This document shows, in pieces, positions 35,942 to 46,089 of a stretch of 64,000 bases of DNA. Numbering within the stretch: position 1 is the stretch's first letter; each line of letters starts with the position of its first letter. Location: positions 1 to 64,000 of the IMG/VR virus record IMGVR_UViG_3300011754_000016; one strand, written 5' to 3'. The translations under genes and the position numbers were made by a program. The notes under the pieces were generated by a model, which ran no database searches, was not told the origin of the DNA, and worked only from the letters and a program-made list of their open reading frames with translations. Source of the DNA: an uncultured virus (IMG/VR IMGVR_UViG_3300011754_000016). Lineage: Duplodnaviria; Heunggongvirae; Uroviricota; Caudoviricetes.

Positions 35942-37318
35942 TTAGCGAACAACGGTAGTATCAAGGAATACTTGGCGCGCACAGCCTTCGGGTCGGCGGC
36001 TAAATTTCACGTCGGCTTTTTCAAACGGGTTATCTTGCCGGCGCGTGATCTGCAAGCCATAGTACAATCCGCCAAGCTCGCTTGATGGCATCAAAAGCCC
36101 AGCATCAACACAAGCGTTCAAAAAGCGCTCACAATCGGCGGTGGCATCTTCGATAAAGCTGCTCATGGCTTTAAGTAAGTGCTTTTTAATAATTGAGATA
36201 ATGCCGTTGGTGGTGTAGGTTTCAATCTCTGAGCTATTAATTAAGCGCAAAGCCGACGTTTGGCTGTCATATTGCGTCAAGGCATCGCCAAAAACCCAGC
36301 GATCCCCACCTTCAAAACGCTCATTCATCACCACGTTAATTCCGGCTTTGGCTAAGGCGTTTTGGGCTTCTTCATCAAGATTCACGCCTGCCAATTTTTC
36401 CATATCGCGGAAGTTTAGCGGGAAGTCGTAACCGGCAACAGGGCGAGCAATCGGCGGGATTCCTGATGCGTTGGTGTTGGCATTGCGTAGTAGCAATTGC
36501 GCTAATAAATCCCCAACGCAAGGTCGCCATTTTTTACGGGCAAGCACACTGGCGCTGCCGGCAGGTCGTGATTTGTTTGGGTTCCAAAACACCCAAAAGC
36601 GGTGATCGTTGATGCTGATTGACTCAACCAACGCTACCGCCGCCGTCCAATCAGTGATTGCACCAATATCAAGCAAAACATGACAATTAAGCTTACTCAT
36701 CACCTCAGCGGTCGCTTCGATAATTGGCAAGCTATCCACTTCACAAAGCGCGATATAACGTGGGCGCTCCTTCATATCCACAAGCTTTGCGCGAACCTCA
36801 AGCGGGGTTAAATCGGTCACCTCGCTTGCCGGCACGTCAACCGTGGCAGACTTGATGCGGTAGTCGCCAATGACGTTATAAGCACCAATAGTTTCAAGCG
36901 CAGTCTTGATCGCAGCGGCACTTGATGCGCTGTATTTTGTTTCTACCGCTTCAAAGAAATCATTCTCGCCATCAAGCGCGCCGCTAAAATCAAGCTTTTG
37001 CGTGATATAGCCAAAGTTTCCGGCATGGTTTTCTTCCAAAGCCTCAACGCCGCCGCCGGTGTAAAGCCGACCGCGAAGCTCAGTGATGATGCCGCCGTCA
37101 ATCTTGTCAATAAAACTGATACTAAATAGCAGGCTGTTTAGCGGGTCGGTTGGCGTTGCGCCGGATTTTTCATCGGTGACCACAAGTTTAACCTGAGCGT
37201 TATTGTCAAAGCCGTAATGCGTGGCAAGCTTGATGCTGGCAAGTGCATCAAGTGCTTCAATGTCGGTGAGCGTCAGGGATGACGCCGTGATGTTAAGATA
37301 AAGGGTTTGAGCGTCCAT
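35942..37318 (-). CDS. Tail sheath protein
   Basis: Sheath C-terminus (LAKAGINVV..FGDALT..LRLIN..FLNACVDAGLL..RRPEG); likely start MDAQTL downstream of the late promoter. Confidence 0.8.
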   Translation of the reverse strand: MDAQTLYLNITASSLTLTDIEALDALASIKLATHYGFDNNAQVKLVVTDEKSGATPTDPLNSLLFSISFIDKIDGGIITELRGRLYTGGGVEALEENHAGNFGYITQKLDFSGALDGENDFFEAVETKYSASSAAAIKTALETIGAYNVIGDYRIKSATVDVPASEVTDLTPLEVRAKLVDMKERPRYIALCEVDSLPIIEATAEVMSKLNCHVLLDIGAITDWTAAVALVESISINDHRFWVFWNPNKSRPAGSASVLARKKWRPCVGDLLAQLLLRNANTNASGIPPIARPVAGYDFPLNFRDMEKLAGVNLDEEAQNALAKAGINVVMNERFEGGDRWVFGDALTQYDSQTSALRLINSSEIETYTTNGIISIIKKHLLKAMSSFIEDATADCERFLNACVDAGLLMPSSELGGLYYGLQITRRQDNPFEKADVKFSRRPEGCARQVFLDTTVVR

Positions 37319-37352
37319 AATAAAAAAGCCTATACGATTGAAGTATAGGCTT

Positions 37353-37392
37353 AGTATAGGGCTAGTTTTGGTGATGGCTTTTGTGCTGTTCC
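37353..37392 (-). promoter_or_regulatory. Late promoter motif (sheath)
   Basis: GGAACAGC, then TATACT 29 nt after GGAAC. Confidence 0.75.
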
Positions 37393-37751
37393 GAGTTTTA
37401 ATAGCACATACCATACCTATATTGGCTTTAGCCTAACTTATACTGCCGTGCTGCTACCAAACCAAGCTTTATAACCACTTTGAGTTTTCAAGCTAATAAA
37501 TCTTAATTAAAAAATCAAAAAATAGTAAAACTTCTCAGGTTAGTCTTTAAATAGTTGTAAAGGCTGTAGAGAAGCTGATTAATAGCAATCCATTAAGAAG
37601 CCTAATCTTTTTGTAGAGTACTGCATGTAAAAATACACAAAAGTCTTTTATAAGTGTTTTCATAAATTTTTAATTTCTCAGTGGACACTGGTTGGATTAA
37701 AGAGCATGGTTCAATTAACAGGTTAAAACATTCATAAAAATTAAATTTTTG

Positions 37752-38228
37752 TTAACTATCATTAGATGTATCACGTACACTAGTTTGTTTTATATAGCTG
37801 CATCCTTTCATACTTCTAGTACCTTGTTGATGAAACATAATAGTAGACACATCAAAAATATCCGCCCACCATGCCGATTCTTCAAAATTCAGAGTTATCC
37901 TTTCATTGATGGCTTCAATGCTGTGAACAGGTAATAAAGGATCTTCTAAAATATCCATTGCATTTGTTAATTCGTTTATATATCCATTTTTACCAAAGGT
38001 ATAAAAAGACACGGTGAAAAATGGTGCTTCATCAATTTTATTAATCTTAAAAGCACCAAAAGTATATTGTTCAATTGTCTCTATAGGTGATCCAACATTA
38101 AGAGACATAGCTACTGCCCTTATTGGAATAAATGTATCATATATTAGTTCATCTTCATTTATAGAAGTGATGTCATCTAATATAATTCCTGAAGCTAGAT
38201 TAACTACAGCATGAAAATTTAATTGCAT
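37752..38228 (-). CDS. AT-rich hypothetical protein
   Basis: 158 aa, acidic. Confidence 0.6.
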   Translation of the reverse strand: MQLNFHAVVNLASGIILDDITSINEDELIYDTFIPIRAVAMSLNVGSPIETIEQYTFGAFKINKIDEAPFFTVSFYTFGKNGYINELTNAMDILEDPLLPVHSIEAINERITLNFEESAWWADIFDVSTIMFHQQGTRSMKGCSYIKQTSVRDTSNDS

Positions 38229-38232
38229 AGGT

Positions 38233-39573
38233 TTATCCTAGTAGATTTAAAGTATTATCTATTTTGTATTCATATATTGTGTAACTCATATTAGGATAAT
38301 AATCAAAGTTACATACTTGAGTAAATTTAATGCAAGGATATATGTGAGTGGACTTACCTGCCGTTGAGACATTTTCTAATACCTCAGCAGGGTCGTAACT
38401 TAAATCCTCAATTAAACTTATGAAATAAGATTCTGCAAAACCTCTGAAGTTACCATTAGAAGTACTATTCGTATTTATAAAAGCAGCGCCAGTATAATAA
38501 GTAATGCTTGTAGATATTGTAATGCTACCAAATTTATTGGCTAAGGTAATTACACCATCCCCATACCCTACATCTTCAAGATAAGTTTTATATTCTTTTA
38601 TTTTTTCTTCACTTAGGCTCAGGGTGGATGTTGATATATTGGTTAAGTTAGTTATATTCGTAACACCCAAACCTAAAGGGGTATAAATTACCTTGTTTAA
38701 ATAATCTTCAAATAACTTTAAAATATATGAAGTATTTGATGTAATAAAATCATCAAATTTAATTATTCCAACATCCACTTTTAATGAAGATGCTTTAGCA
38801 GATTCTGTCGCAGTTTCTTCAGTAGCTGGGATATAAGTAATAGTATAGTTTTTATATTCCCTAACTTCATTATTACAGGCAATTTCAATACTTACTAATA
38901 TATCCCAAGTGTCTAAATCTTCTTTTGAAACTACCCCTGCATCAAAGATATACTGGGGTTTGTGATGCGTTTGTAACTTAACCGTGGAGTCTAATAAGCT
39001 GTTATATTCACCTTGACACACTTCATCAAAAGAAGTTTTAGCAATCGTCAAAATAGCTTCTTCTATAGAAATCTCTTTATGGAGTACACTATTAGAAATA
39101 ATAGGATACTCTGTGGGCATTCCCCAACCTAACTGTAAGTTTTGAATAATTACTGCTGGAATAATACTTAAAGATTCTCCTAGGCAAACATCTTCAGGAA
39201 AACTTAAGACGAAATAACTACAAGAATTTAATGTTTTTTCACCATTAAATTCAAAGATATGGCTCATATCTGTTTCATGGTTCACAGAAAGCAATTTAAA
39301 TTCACAACTCTCTTTCCTAACTGATATCTCAGCGTTCAGAAAAGAAGCTAATAATTCACCTTTTAATTGCTCAAATGTTAGCTGTTTAAATGACAAATCT
39401 GATTCAAACCCTCCAATACTTATATTACTTTCTTCAAGATACGCCAAACCATAAATATGCATTAAAGAATCTGATACTCTTTCCCCAATAAATAATATGG
39501 GATTGTCATCATTTAGCGTAGAGCTATTTAACATTTCATATGGTAATGGTACAGTTATTAAAGCTGCTCTCAT
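38233..39573 (-). CDS. AT-rich hypothetical protein
   Basis: 446 aa, acidic, GGAG RBS. Confidence 0.7.
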   Translation of the reverse strand: MRAALITVPLPYEMLNSSTLNDDNPILFIGERVSDSLMHIYGLAYLEESNISIGGFESDLSFKQLTFEQLKGELLASFLNAEISVRKESCEFKLLSVNHETDMSHIFEFNGEKTLNSCSYFVLSFPEDVCLGESLSIIPAVIIQNLQLGWGMPTEYPIISNSVLHKEISIEEAILTIAKTSFDEVCQGEYNSLLDSTVKLQTHHKPQYIFDAGVVSKEDLDTWDILVSIEIACNNEVREYKNYTITYIPATEETATESAKASSLKVDVGIIKFDDFITSNTSYILKLFEDYLNKVIYTPLGLGVTNITNLTNISTSTLSLSEEKIKEYKTYLEDVGYGDGVITLANKFGSITISTSITYYTGAAFINTNSTSNGNFRGFAESYFISLIEDLSYDPAEVLENVSTAGKSTHIYPCIKFTQVCNFDYYPNMSYTIYEYKIDNTLNLLG

Positions 39574-39590
39574 TTAATTGTCCTCCCCAC

Positions 39591-40610
39591 TTAGTAAAAT
39601 AAAATAAAATGCTCCGTTGAAATAACAACAGAGTCTTGAGTAACGTAATTTCCTAAGTCATCTACTAAATAATCTAAAATGTTTTTAGAAGTATCGTTAA
39701 CAGGGTCACGATAAAGAGTTGTTATCATATTAGATTCCTGAAACCATTTAGGGGTCATAATTTGACCTGAATCATCAAATACCCAACCGTTTTCTAATGA
39801 ATAACTAACACCGTCAATGACCACATCTCTAGCTCCAATGGCGTAAAAATCTATATATAAAAACTCTTCATCAACTTTGTTTATACCAACCATTTGCCCA
39901 AATGCCATAACTATTGATGGTGCTCCACCTGCTGTTGCAATAAACCGCATTACTGATTCAAGGTCTGAGGTAAGATTGCCATACCACAAATCTTCTTCAA
40001 GTCCTACTTCATATGCTTTAAGACTAATTGATACAGAGCTGTCAGAAACAACTTCTGCTATAGGAATCTTAAATGAAAAGTTTTTAACTATTTCCTGAAC
40101 TACAGGCTCTACATCTTTAACAATACCAGTAATACAATCAGGTATGCATGCTATAGAAGGTAATACTCCTGTAACTCTCACATAACTACAAACATTAAAT
40201 CTCTTGGTTTTTATAGTACTGTATGCATCATCTCTTAAATCATTAATAAATCCTTTCTGGTCTTCAGCAGGGCTTGGAACAATATTAAAGAAAGCTTCTT
40301 CTTTAATATGCTCAACCTTTAGAGAATCACCATAAGTATTTCTCAGTGAGTCATACATACTATCCAAAATATTTGTAGGGTTAAACCTACCGTTAAATGC
40401 CGTTCCTTCAGAATCTAAACCATCAATAGAATATAAATCCCCTGTATCCTTTTTTATAAACCCAAATATATACATATCTAAGACAGGTACAGGAGGTTTT
40501 TCAATAACTTCAGCGAATACCCAAGAAGAGTTGTCAAAATTTCCCCCTACGCTGTTGGTAGTTATTAATTCTTTTTTTGAATCTGTTAGATACTTAATAG
40601 TAAATATCAT
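39591..40610 (-). CDS. AT-rich hypothetical protein
   Basis: 339 aa, acidic; ATGA overlap with the upstream gene. Confidence 0.7.
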   Translation of the reverse strand: MIFTIKYLTDSKKELITTNSVGGNFDNSSWVFAEVIEKPPVPVLDMYIFGFIKKDTGDLYSIDGLDSEGTAFNGRFNPTNILDSMYDSLRNTYGDSLKVEHIKEEAFFNIVPSPAEDQKGFINDLRDDAYSTIKTKRFNVCSYVRVTGVLPSIACIPDCITGIVKDVEPVVQEIVKNFSFKIPIAEVVSDSSVSISLKAYEVGLEEDLWYGNLTSDLESVMRFIATAGGAPSIVMAFGQMVGINKVDEEFLYIDFYAIGARDVVIDGVSYSLENGWVFDDSGQIMTPKWFQESNMITTLYRDPVNDTSKNILDYLVDDLGNYVTQDSVVISTEHFILFY

Positions 40611-40939
40611 CTTAGATCGCCTTTAAAACTAAAAACTTCTTTTGTAGGCAAGCATCTAACCTTGGACTTAGGTGTAGCTAACCGCATCACTTTAAGCTCA
40701 CTGATCCCGCGACTAAAGGCATCTTCAACTGCCAAATAACTTGCATTGGTCGGATCATAGCCCAGTAGTGCCCGATAGTTGTTTTTAGTGACCGTAAACG
40801 GCTTATCAGTGCGACCACGCTTAAACTTGCCGACGATCACACCGTTATTGAGCGATGGCAGCACCACGCCTTCAGTTTTATCACTGACGCCTTGATACTG
40901 GATGCCAACTGCTAAGCCTAATGTTTTGCTTTCAATCAT
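40607..40939 (-). CDS. Sheath N-terminal-domain-like small protein
   Basis: GVIVGKFKRGRTDKPFTV..YRALLG..VMRL resembles sheath N-termini. Confidence 0.55.
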   Translation of the reverse strand: MIESKTLGLAVGIQYQGVSDKTEGVVLPSLNNGVIVGKFKRGRTDKPFTVTKNNYRALLGYDPTNASYLAVEDAFSRGISELKVMRLATPKSKVRCLPTKEVFSFKGDLR

Positions 40940-41010
40940 GATGATTTTTCCTAAATAAATTTTATTGAATGCTAAATCGGCTGAAAGCTTGTCCGCTCAC
41001 AGCCTTTGGG

Positions 41011-41964
41011 TTAATTTATCACTTTTAAAATATTGCCGCGAGTTCGATTAAACTGCTCAATATTACCCATCACTTTAGCCTTGCTAACATTGCGCTTAAT
41101 GGTGATTTTGGTCACCTCACGCGCCTTAAGCAAAGTCATACTGGCAGGCTCTAGCATATTAAACGCGCCGGTATTTTCGACCGAGATTACTTCATTATCT
41201 GATACCACGTTTGGCGCTTTTGGCGCGTCATCTTGTACGGTCTTAGCATCATCTTTTGGCGCTTGCGACTGAGCATCACCGTCTTGATTGGCTTTGCCAT
41301 TCTTATCATCACTTGCCGGCGTGCTGGTTTCGGTAGCGTCTGCTTTAGCGTCGGTGTCAGTGCTATCAGCGACAGTTGGCGTGCTCGTGCCGCCTTCCAT
41401 AGCTTCGCTTGCGCTAGTATCGTTTGCAGTGCTTTTGTCTTGAGTTGAAGCACTTGCATCAATTGAGCTGCCAGCATCTTTTTTATTAGACTGATCATTA
41501 GCATCACCTGATTGCATCGTTTGATTTTCGACTGGCTTGTCGGCTTGATTTTGGTCAGTTACACTACCGACTTTGCCGCCATCCGGTGTGTCTTGGGTGC
41601 TGTGATCAACAACGGTGTCGTCGCTATTGGCGTCCGGCGCATTGGTTGCCGGCGAGTTTTCGGTTGTGCTTTCAGTTGCGCCTTGGTTGGCATCATCAGC
41701 GGTGCTTTCGGTAGCAGTTTGCGTATCTTGCGGCGCATCAGTCGTTGTTTGACTGGTGGCATCAAGATAACGCCAAACAAGCATTGCTTTGTTGTCTGAG
41801 CTTAAATAAGTCACGCCAGCGTCGCGCAATTTAGCTTCAAGCTGCTTGACCGTGTTTGCCTTATCGATGGCTTTAAAATCATCTTGCAATTCAATTTCGC
41901 TTAAATTGCTTGGAATGGCTTTTGCTTTGGTGGGCGTTGCCGCGTCATTTTGAGTGGTCATCAC
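41011..41964 (-). CDS. Low-complexity acidic protein with a HeH/LEM-like motif
   Basis: TVKQLEAKLRDAGVTY..NKAMLV; long D/T/A/S-rich linker; follows the capsid gene. Confidence 0.65.
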   Translation of the reverse strand: MMTTQNDAATPTKAKAIPSNLSEIELQDDFKAIDKANTVKQLEAKLRDAGVTYLSSDNKAMLVWRYLDATSQTTTDAPQDTQTATESTADDANQGATESTTENSPATNAPDANSDDTVVDHSTQDTPDGGKVGSVTDQNQADKPVENQTMQSGDANDQSNKKDAGSSIDASASTQDKSTANDTSASEAMEGGTSTPTVADSTDTDAKADATETSTPASDDKNGKANQDGDAQSQAPKDDAKTVQDDAPKAPNVVSDNEVISVENTGAFNMLEPASMTLLKAREVTKITIKRNVSKAKVMGNIEQFNRTRGNILKVIN

Positions 41965-41986
41965 AATATCCTTGTTGTTATCGGTT

Positions 41987-42022
41987 AAAAAGCCCTGCCG
42001 CCATTGGCAGACAAGGCTTTTT
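41987..42022 (-). terminator. Terminator after the capsid gene
   Basis: AAAAAGCC..CTGCC/GGCAG..GGCTTTTT. Confidence 0.65.
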
Positions 42023-42039
42023 GGGTTATCGCGGCAAGC

Positions 42040-43851
42040 TTATAGCGCCGGCAAGTTAATCATTTCGATCAAGATAAATTGACCTGCAAACTTATCGATT
42101 GGGTTCACATCCGCCGCCATTCGTGAGTACGTGGCAACGTCTTTGGTGAACGCATCTTTGTTTGAAGTTAAAACGATTGGCGGAACGGCAACCATACCCA
42201 CAAACGGCGCTTGCATTGGCTGCAAGCTGCGAGCAACCATCAGCGCGTGAGCTGTGGTGTCGCTTGCACTTTCATGGAATACGCCCATCGATTCAGGAAC
42301 GAAATAAACATTTGCGCCGGTATTCTTCAAGCGACCGATGCGGTAAACGCTGTATTGGTCGCCATAAGGCTCATTGGTCGGCTCATAGTTTTCACCGCCA
42401 AGCGCTGAGAAGAACGCGGCGCCGCGAGCTGACACGTACAAGTCGTAACCGGCAATCGCAAGGTTGATTTCGCGTGACAAGCGAGTTCGACCATTGCCAA
42501 GCGTGATGTTAATTTTTGATACTGCATCAGCAATGTTGGTTGGCGACACGCCAGCGGTGGTAAAATCAAAAGTAACTACGCGGGTGTCTTGGTTGGCTTG
42601 GCAGTAGTTCACCGCATCACGAAGCAAGCGTGAAGTTTGCTCAAAAAAGTAGCGCTGCATTGAAATGGTTTGCGCCGCGGCGAACCAGTTAAGACCAAGT
42701 TCATTTTCCATCTGAGTGATGGCATCGATGGTCGCTTTTGAACGTGAACGGCTTGGGTAAGCGTAAAGCGAGCGGTGCATAAAACGCATATCAACACCAG
42801 GGGCGCGCAAGATCGGATTGCCTTGGGCGTCTTCACGCTCATAGTCAAAGATTAGATCAACGGTCACATCATCAGCTGCCGGATCAGCGTTACCGCCCGT
42901 CAAGTCAAACTGAACATCAACCTTATGAGTGTCAAGGTTGGCAGTTGCGGACTTCACTTTAAACTTATCCGCGCCAATTTCGATTGCATTACGGGCTTGC
43001 AAGGTGCTAATACCGCTAAAGGTTGCGTGGTCGTAGTGCTTATCGTTGGCAACTTCAACACCTTTGACTTTGACAACAACGCGCCCGCCTAAGAATGGGG
43101 CAGCAAGCGAGGATTTATCAACAACAAATTTAACTGTACCGTTTGCACGAGTTTCAGCGTCATAAGCAACGTGTGATTCAAGGCTGAACGCGCCGGAGAG
43201 CCCTTTTTCCATTGTCAAAGTATGGCGGTTTTCAAGGTATGGCATCCCTGCGTGAGCGCCATCAATCAGTTCACCACGGCGCATCACGCCCATATCGATG
43301 TCAGCAACGGCTTCACCAAATACGATAGGCAGCTCATTGCTTCCGGTTGGGTTTGGTAGCATAACCACAAGCGGTAAATTGGTTGCGATACCATAAGAGA
43401 TCAGAACCTGAACCGCGCCGGGAACAACAGACAATGCTTCATGATGGCTAAAGCTTAAGCTGTCGAACGTGTACTCTCGTTCGCTTGAGCTTTGGTTTTC
43501 AAGGTTGCCCAACGCACAAGCCGCCATCGACAAGCCAGCTGCAATTGCGTGGGCTGGTGGCTCATCACCGCCGTTACGACGTTTGTATTCAGCAATGCCA
43601 TCTTCAATACCATCAAAAATTGGCTGTTTGTTATCGCCAATGTTTGGGTTTTTAAAAATATGCTGCAATGAGCTTGGTAATTCAGTCATTCCCGACTCAC
43701 GGTTGCCATTGCCGATCGCCACAAGCATTGAGTCAAAAGCCGCAATATCATTTCCAGTCTTTTGCTCGTTAAAGTGGCGGATAAATCGACGAGTTGCCGC
43801 GATTTCTTTTTCGGCGGCTGCATTCAAACTGGCAGCTTGTTTGGTATCCAT
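42040..43851 (-). CDS. Major capsid protein (P1 gp23-like)
   Basis: 603 aa; own late promoter and terminator; size and N-terminal prodomain like P1 gp23; YRIGRL, APFVG motifs. Confidence 0.75.
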   Translation of the reverse strand: MDTKQAASLNAAAEKEIAATRRFIRHFNEQKTGNDIAAFDSMLVAIGNGNRESGMTELPSSLQHIFKNPNIGDNKQPIFDGIEDGIAEYKRRNGGDEPPAHAIAAGLSMAACALGNLENQSSSEREYTFDSLSFSHHEALSVVPGAVQVLISYGIATNLPLVVMLPNPTGSNELPIVFGEAVADIDMGVMRRGELIDGAHAGMPYLENRHTLTMEKGLSGAFSLESHVAYDAETRANGTVKFVVDKSSLAAPFLGGRVVVKVKGVEVANDKHYDHATFSGISTLQARNAIEIGADKFKVKSATANLDTHKVDVQFDLTGGNADPAADDVTVDLIFDYEREDAQGNPILRAPGVDMRFMHRSLYAYPSRSRSKATIDAITQMENELGLNWFAAAQTISMQRYFFEQTSRLLRDAVNYCQANQDTRVVTFDFTTAGVSPTNIADAVSKINITLGNGRTRLSREINLAIAGYDLYVSARGAAFFSALGGENYEPTNEPYGDQYSVYRIGRLKNTGANVYFVPESMGVFHESASDTTAHALMVARSLQPMQAPFVGMVAVPPIVLTSNKDAFTKDVATYSRMAADVNPIDKFAGQFILIEMINLPAL

Positions 43852-43899
43852 AAGATAGTCCTATTGGTGGTGGATGGATAAGTAGTAACGTATAGGGCT

Positions 43900-43941
43900 A
43901 TCTTAATATCGTTTCAAAAAGCCGATTTAGTGCTGTTCCAA
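43900..43941 (-). promoter_or_regulatory. Late promoter motif (capsid)
   Basis: TTGGAACAGC, then TAAGAT 29 nt after GGAAC. Confidence 0.75.
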
Positions 43942-44036
43942 AATGCAAAAACCGCCGATTAAGGCGGTCTTGATAAGATAAGTTGTTGTTGCTATTGGTA
44001 ATGCAAAATTGCATCGGCTTCACTTATATGTCAATG

Positions 44037-44603
44037 CTACTCATAAGGCACAGCCACATCACCTACCGCATTGGCACCAAACGCATCTAAGAAATCAAGG
44101 TTAAAGCGCTGCGCTAGTGCATAGCGATTTGTGCCACTTGCCAGCATCGACGTTCCCATGATTCCGGTAACTTCGTGATATTCCTTATGACCATTTAGCA
44201 GCAAGCAAAGCAAGTCATCTTTTTGCGGCTCCCAATCCGGTTTTAGCTTTAATCTATCATCACCTTGCAGGGTAATATCGTAAGGCTCGATCAAAGCAAG
44301 TGAGGTTAACTCCTCCGGCAATACCACCATGCCGCTGTCGTGCATCGCCCCGCCTAAGCTGTCTAAAATAAGCACCATGGCATGACCTAACGGCTCATAA
44401 TCGATGGCGTGTTCATCGGTGTCTGATACCGCGCCCAGCCCCGACCAAGTATCGCGTTCGCGCTTGTTGTTGCTTGCGCCTACTGGCAATACCACACGCC
44501 GAAAGGCAAACGCCGGAATGACCGCTTGGCTTCGCAAAGTGATAATGCGATTGCTTAGCCTTTGACCCAAAGCAACCTGAGTGTTCTCTATTCTCAAACT
44601 CAC
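44037..44603 (-). CDS. Putative head closure/neck protein
   Basis: 188 aa beta-rich protein in the late operon. Confidence 0.45.
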   Translation of the reverse strand: MSLRIENTQVALGQRLSNRIITLRSQAVIPAFAFRRVVLPVGASNNKRERDTWSGLGAVSDTDEHAIDYEPLGHAMVLILDSLGGAMHDSGMVVLPEELTSLALIEPYDITLQGDDRLKLKPDWEPQKDDLLCLLLNGHKEYHEVTGIMGTSMLASGTNRYALAQRFNLDFLDAFGANAVGDVAVPYE

Positions 44604-45799
44604 GATTTACCGCCCCATTTTTTCTGATAGTTGTTAATCTCAGCTTGATACAGCGCTTTAAAATTATCCGGAACGCCTTTTCGCTTGATTTGCGTTCGCG
44701 CATATTGGTAGCTTGCGCTTTCCGCTTGCGTTGGTATGTTTTTAGGCTGGCTTGCCGCTTGGCGTTTTTGCTCCGCCTTGACCTCTTTTGCCGCCTGATT
44801 TGCCGCCTGCTTAATCTTTTTCGACCAATGCAACCGACCTTTCCAGTTGTTTAGAGCTTCGGTTTGCTGCTTGATTTCACGCTCAAGCTGTTTTGGTGTT
44901 CGTCTGTGCGGCTTAATTTGGTTATTGGCGCGTGCAATATCATCGCGGCTATAACCTTGGATAACCGCGATCATGTGGGCACTGGTCAGGTACTTCATCA
45001 CGCGCAAAGCGTGCTTGCAAGCCACCCCGGTTACTTGTGGGTTGCGTGTCGATGGGTAGCGGTTTTCGTCAATGCCAAAGTTATACTTGCCAATGGTGGC
45101 AACATAACGATACCAATAGCGGTGCCGACCGCAATCACAATCAAAACGGATTTTACCCTCAATCACCGCTTTTTTGACATCTTGCAGGCTTGGTGCCTTT
45201 GTTCGACCCAAGAGCAATTGCGGATAATCAAGCAATTGCACCGTGACATAGTGGTGAGTGTCGCGACTCCCCACGCCGGCATTGGTCATAAACTTAATCA
45301 CATTGCCTTGGCGCTTAAAGACGCTGGCAAGGTGAATTTGGGTATTGGCGCGCTTGATGTCCTCAAGCCTTGAGTGGTTAATGACTTCTTGCGGGGTGAT
45401 GCCGCCTAAGAACTTAACAGAAGCCTTTTTGACGTTATCAAGATACGCCCTAAGCACCGCTGCGTTAAGCGTTTTTTTAAGCTCACGGTTGCGCTTGGTG
45501 TCGCCTAAGGTAAACTCAAGCAGCTCACTTGCGCTAATTCCTGCCTTGTTTTTGGCAGACTGTATCAGCGACTCAAGCTTTTTTGTGGTAAGCCTTTGAC
45601 CACTTTCGATATCGTCAAGCGTATCTTTAACGTATTGATTGTGGCGGCTGGCATGACGGCGTTGATCAGCAAGCATTTTGCCGGTTTTAATGCGCCACGC
45701 CCGCAACTCATCAAGCGTCATGTTATCCATGCGCCGGTCTTGATAACTTGGCTTATCTTTGGTTTCCGGCTGCAAAAAAGACTTGGGGTTAATCGCCAT
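44600..45799 (-). CDS. SWIM-type zinc-finger morphogenesis protein (P1 gp7-like)
   Basis: FDCDCGRHRYWYRY...RNP..GVACKH. Confidence 0.6.
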   Translation of the reverse strand: MAINPKSFLQPETKDKPSYQDRRMDNMTLDELRAWRIKTGKMLADQRRHASRHNQYVKDTLDDIESGQRLTTKKLESLIQSAKNKAGISASELLEFTLGDTKRNRELKKTLNAAVLRAYLDNVKKASVKFLGGITPQEVINHSRLEDIKRANTQIHLASVFKRQGNVIKFMTNAGVGSRDTHHYVTVQLLDYPQLLLGRTKAPSLQDVKKAVIEGKIRFDCDCGRHRYWYRYVATIGKYNFGIDENRYPSTRNPQVTGVACKHALRVMKYLTSAHMIAVIQGYSRDDIARANNQIKPHRRTPKQLEREIKQQTEALNNWKGRLHWSKKIKQAANQAAKEVKAEQKRQAASQPKNIPTQAESASYQYARTQIKRKGVPDNFKALYQAEINNYQKKWGGKS

Positions 45800-46088
45800 A
45801 GCTTAGCCGCCCTTGTCTATTGTGACTGTTTTTGATTTGCATCAAGCTGATCGGCAATGGCAAGTAAATATCGCGCTTTGGTATTGCCTCGCCAATGCGG
45901 TTCGTGCCAGCGCAAAGCATGACCACATCAACATCATCACGATTGCCATAAATGCGATTGGCAATCAAGGTTGGGTCATAAACTTCATCGTTTGTAACCT
46001 CCCAAATTACAAGCTTGTCCGTGCGACCACGCCGCTTTAAAACATCGACGTGGTTTCTAATGGCGTTTAGGTAACTGTTGGTTAGCAT
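45789..46088 (-). CDS. LysM-like baseplate protein (gpX/gp53-like)
   Basis: DPTLIANRIYG..IYLP. Confidence 0.65.
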   Translation of the reverse strand: MLTNSYLNAIRNHVDVLKRRGRTDKLVIWEVTNDEVYDPTLIANRIYGNRDDVDVVMLCAGTNRIGEAIPKRDIYLPLPISLMQIKNSHNRQGRLSYGD

Positions 46089-46089
46089 A

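Noticed and set aside
37420..37750. Additional gene in the AT-rich gap
   Set aside because: Only a 38-codon hydrophobic frame followed by several stops; at most a remnant
40607..40640. Programmed -1 frameshift joining the 110-aa and 339-aa ORFs
   Set aside because: The -1 frame has a TAA five codons before the ATG and there is no canonical slippery heptamer; the ATGA overlap explains the coupling
41200..41760. Low-complexity repeats in the 317-aa gene as a DNA element
   Set aside because: Explained by a disordered D/T/A/S-rich protein linker; no exact nucleotide periodicity was seen
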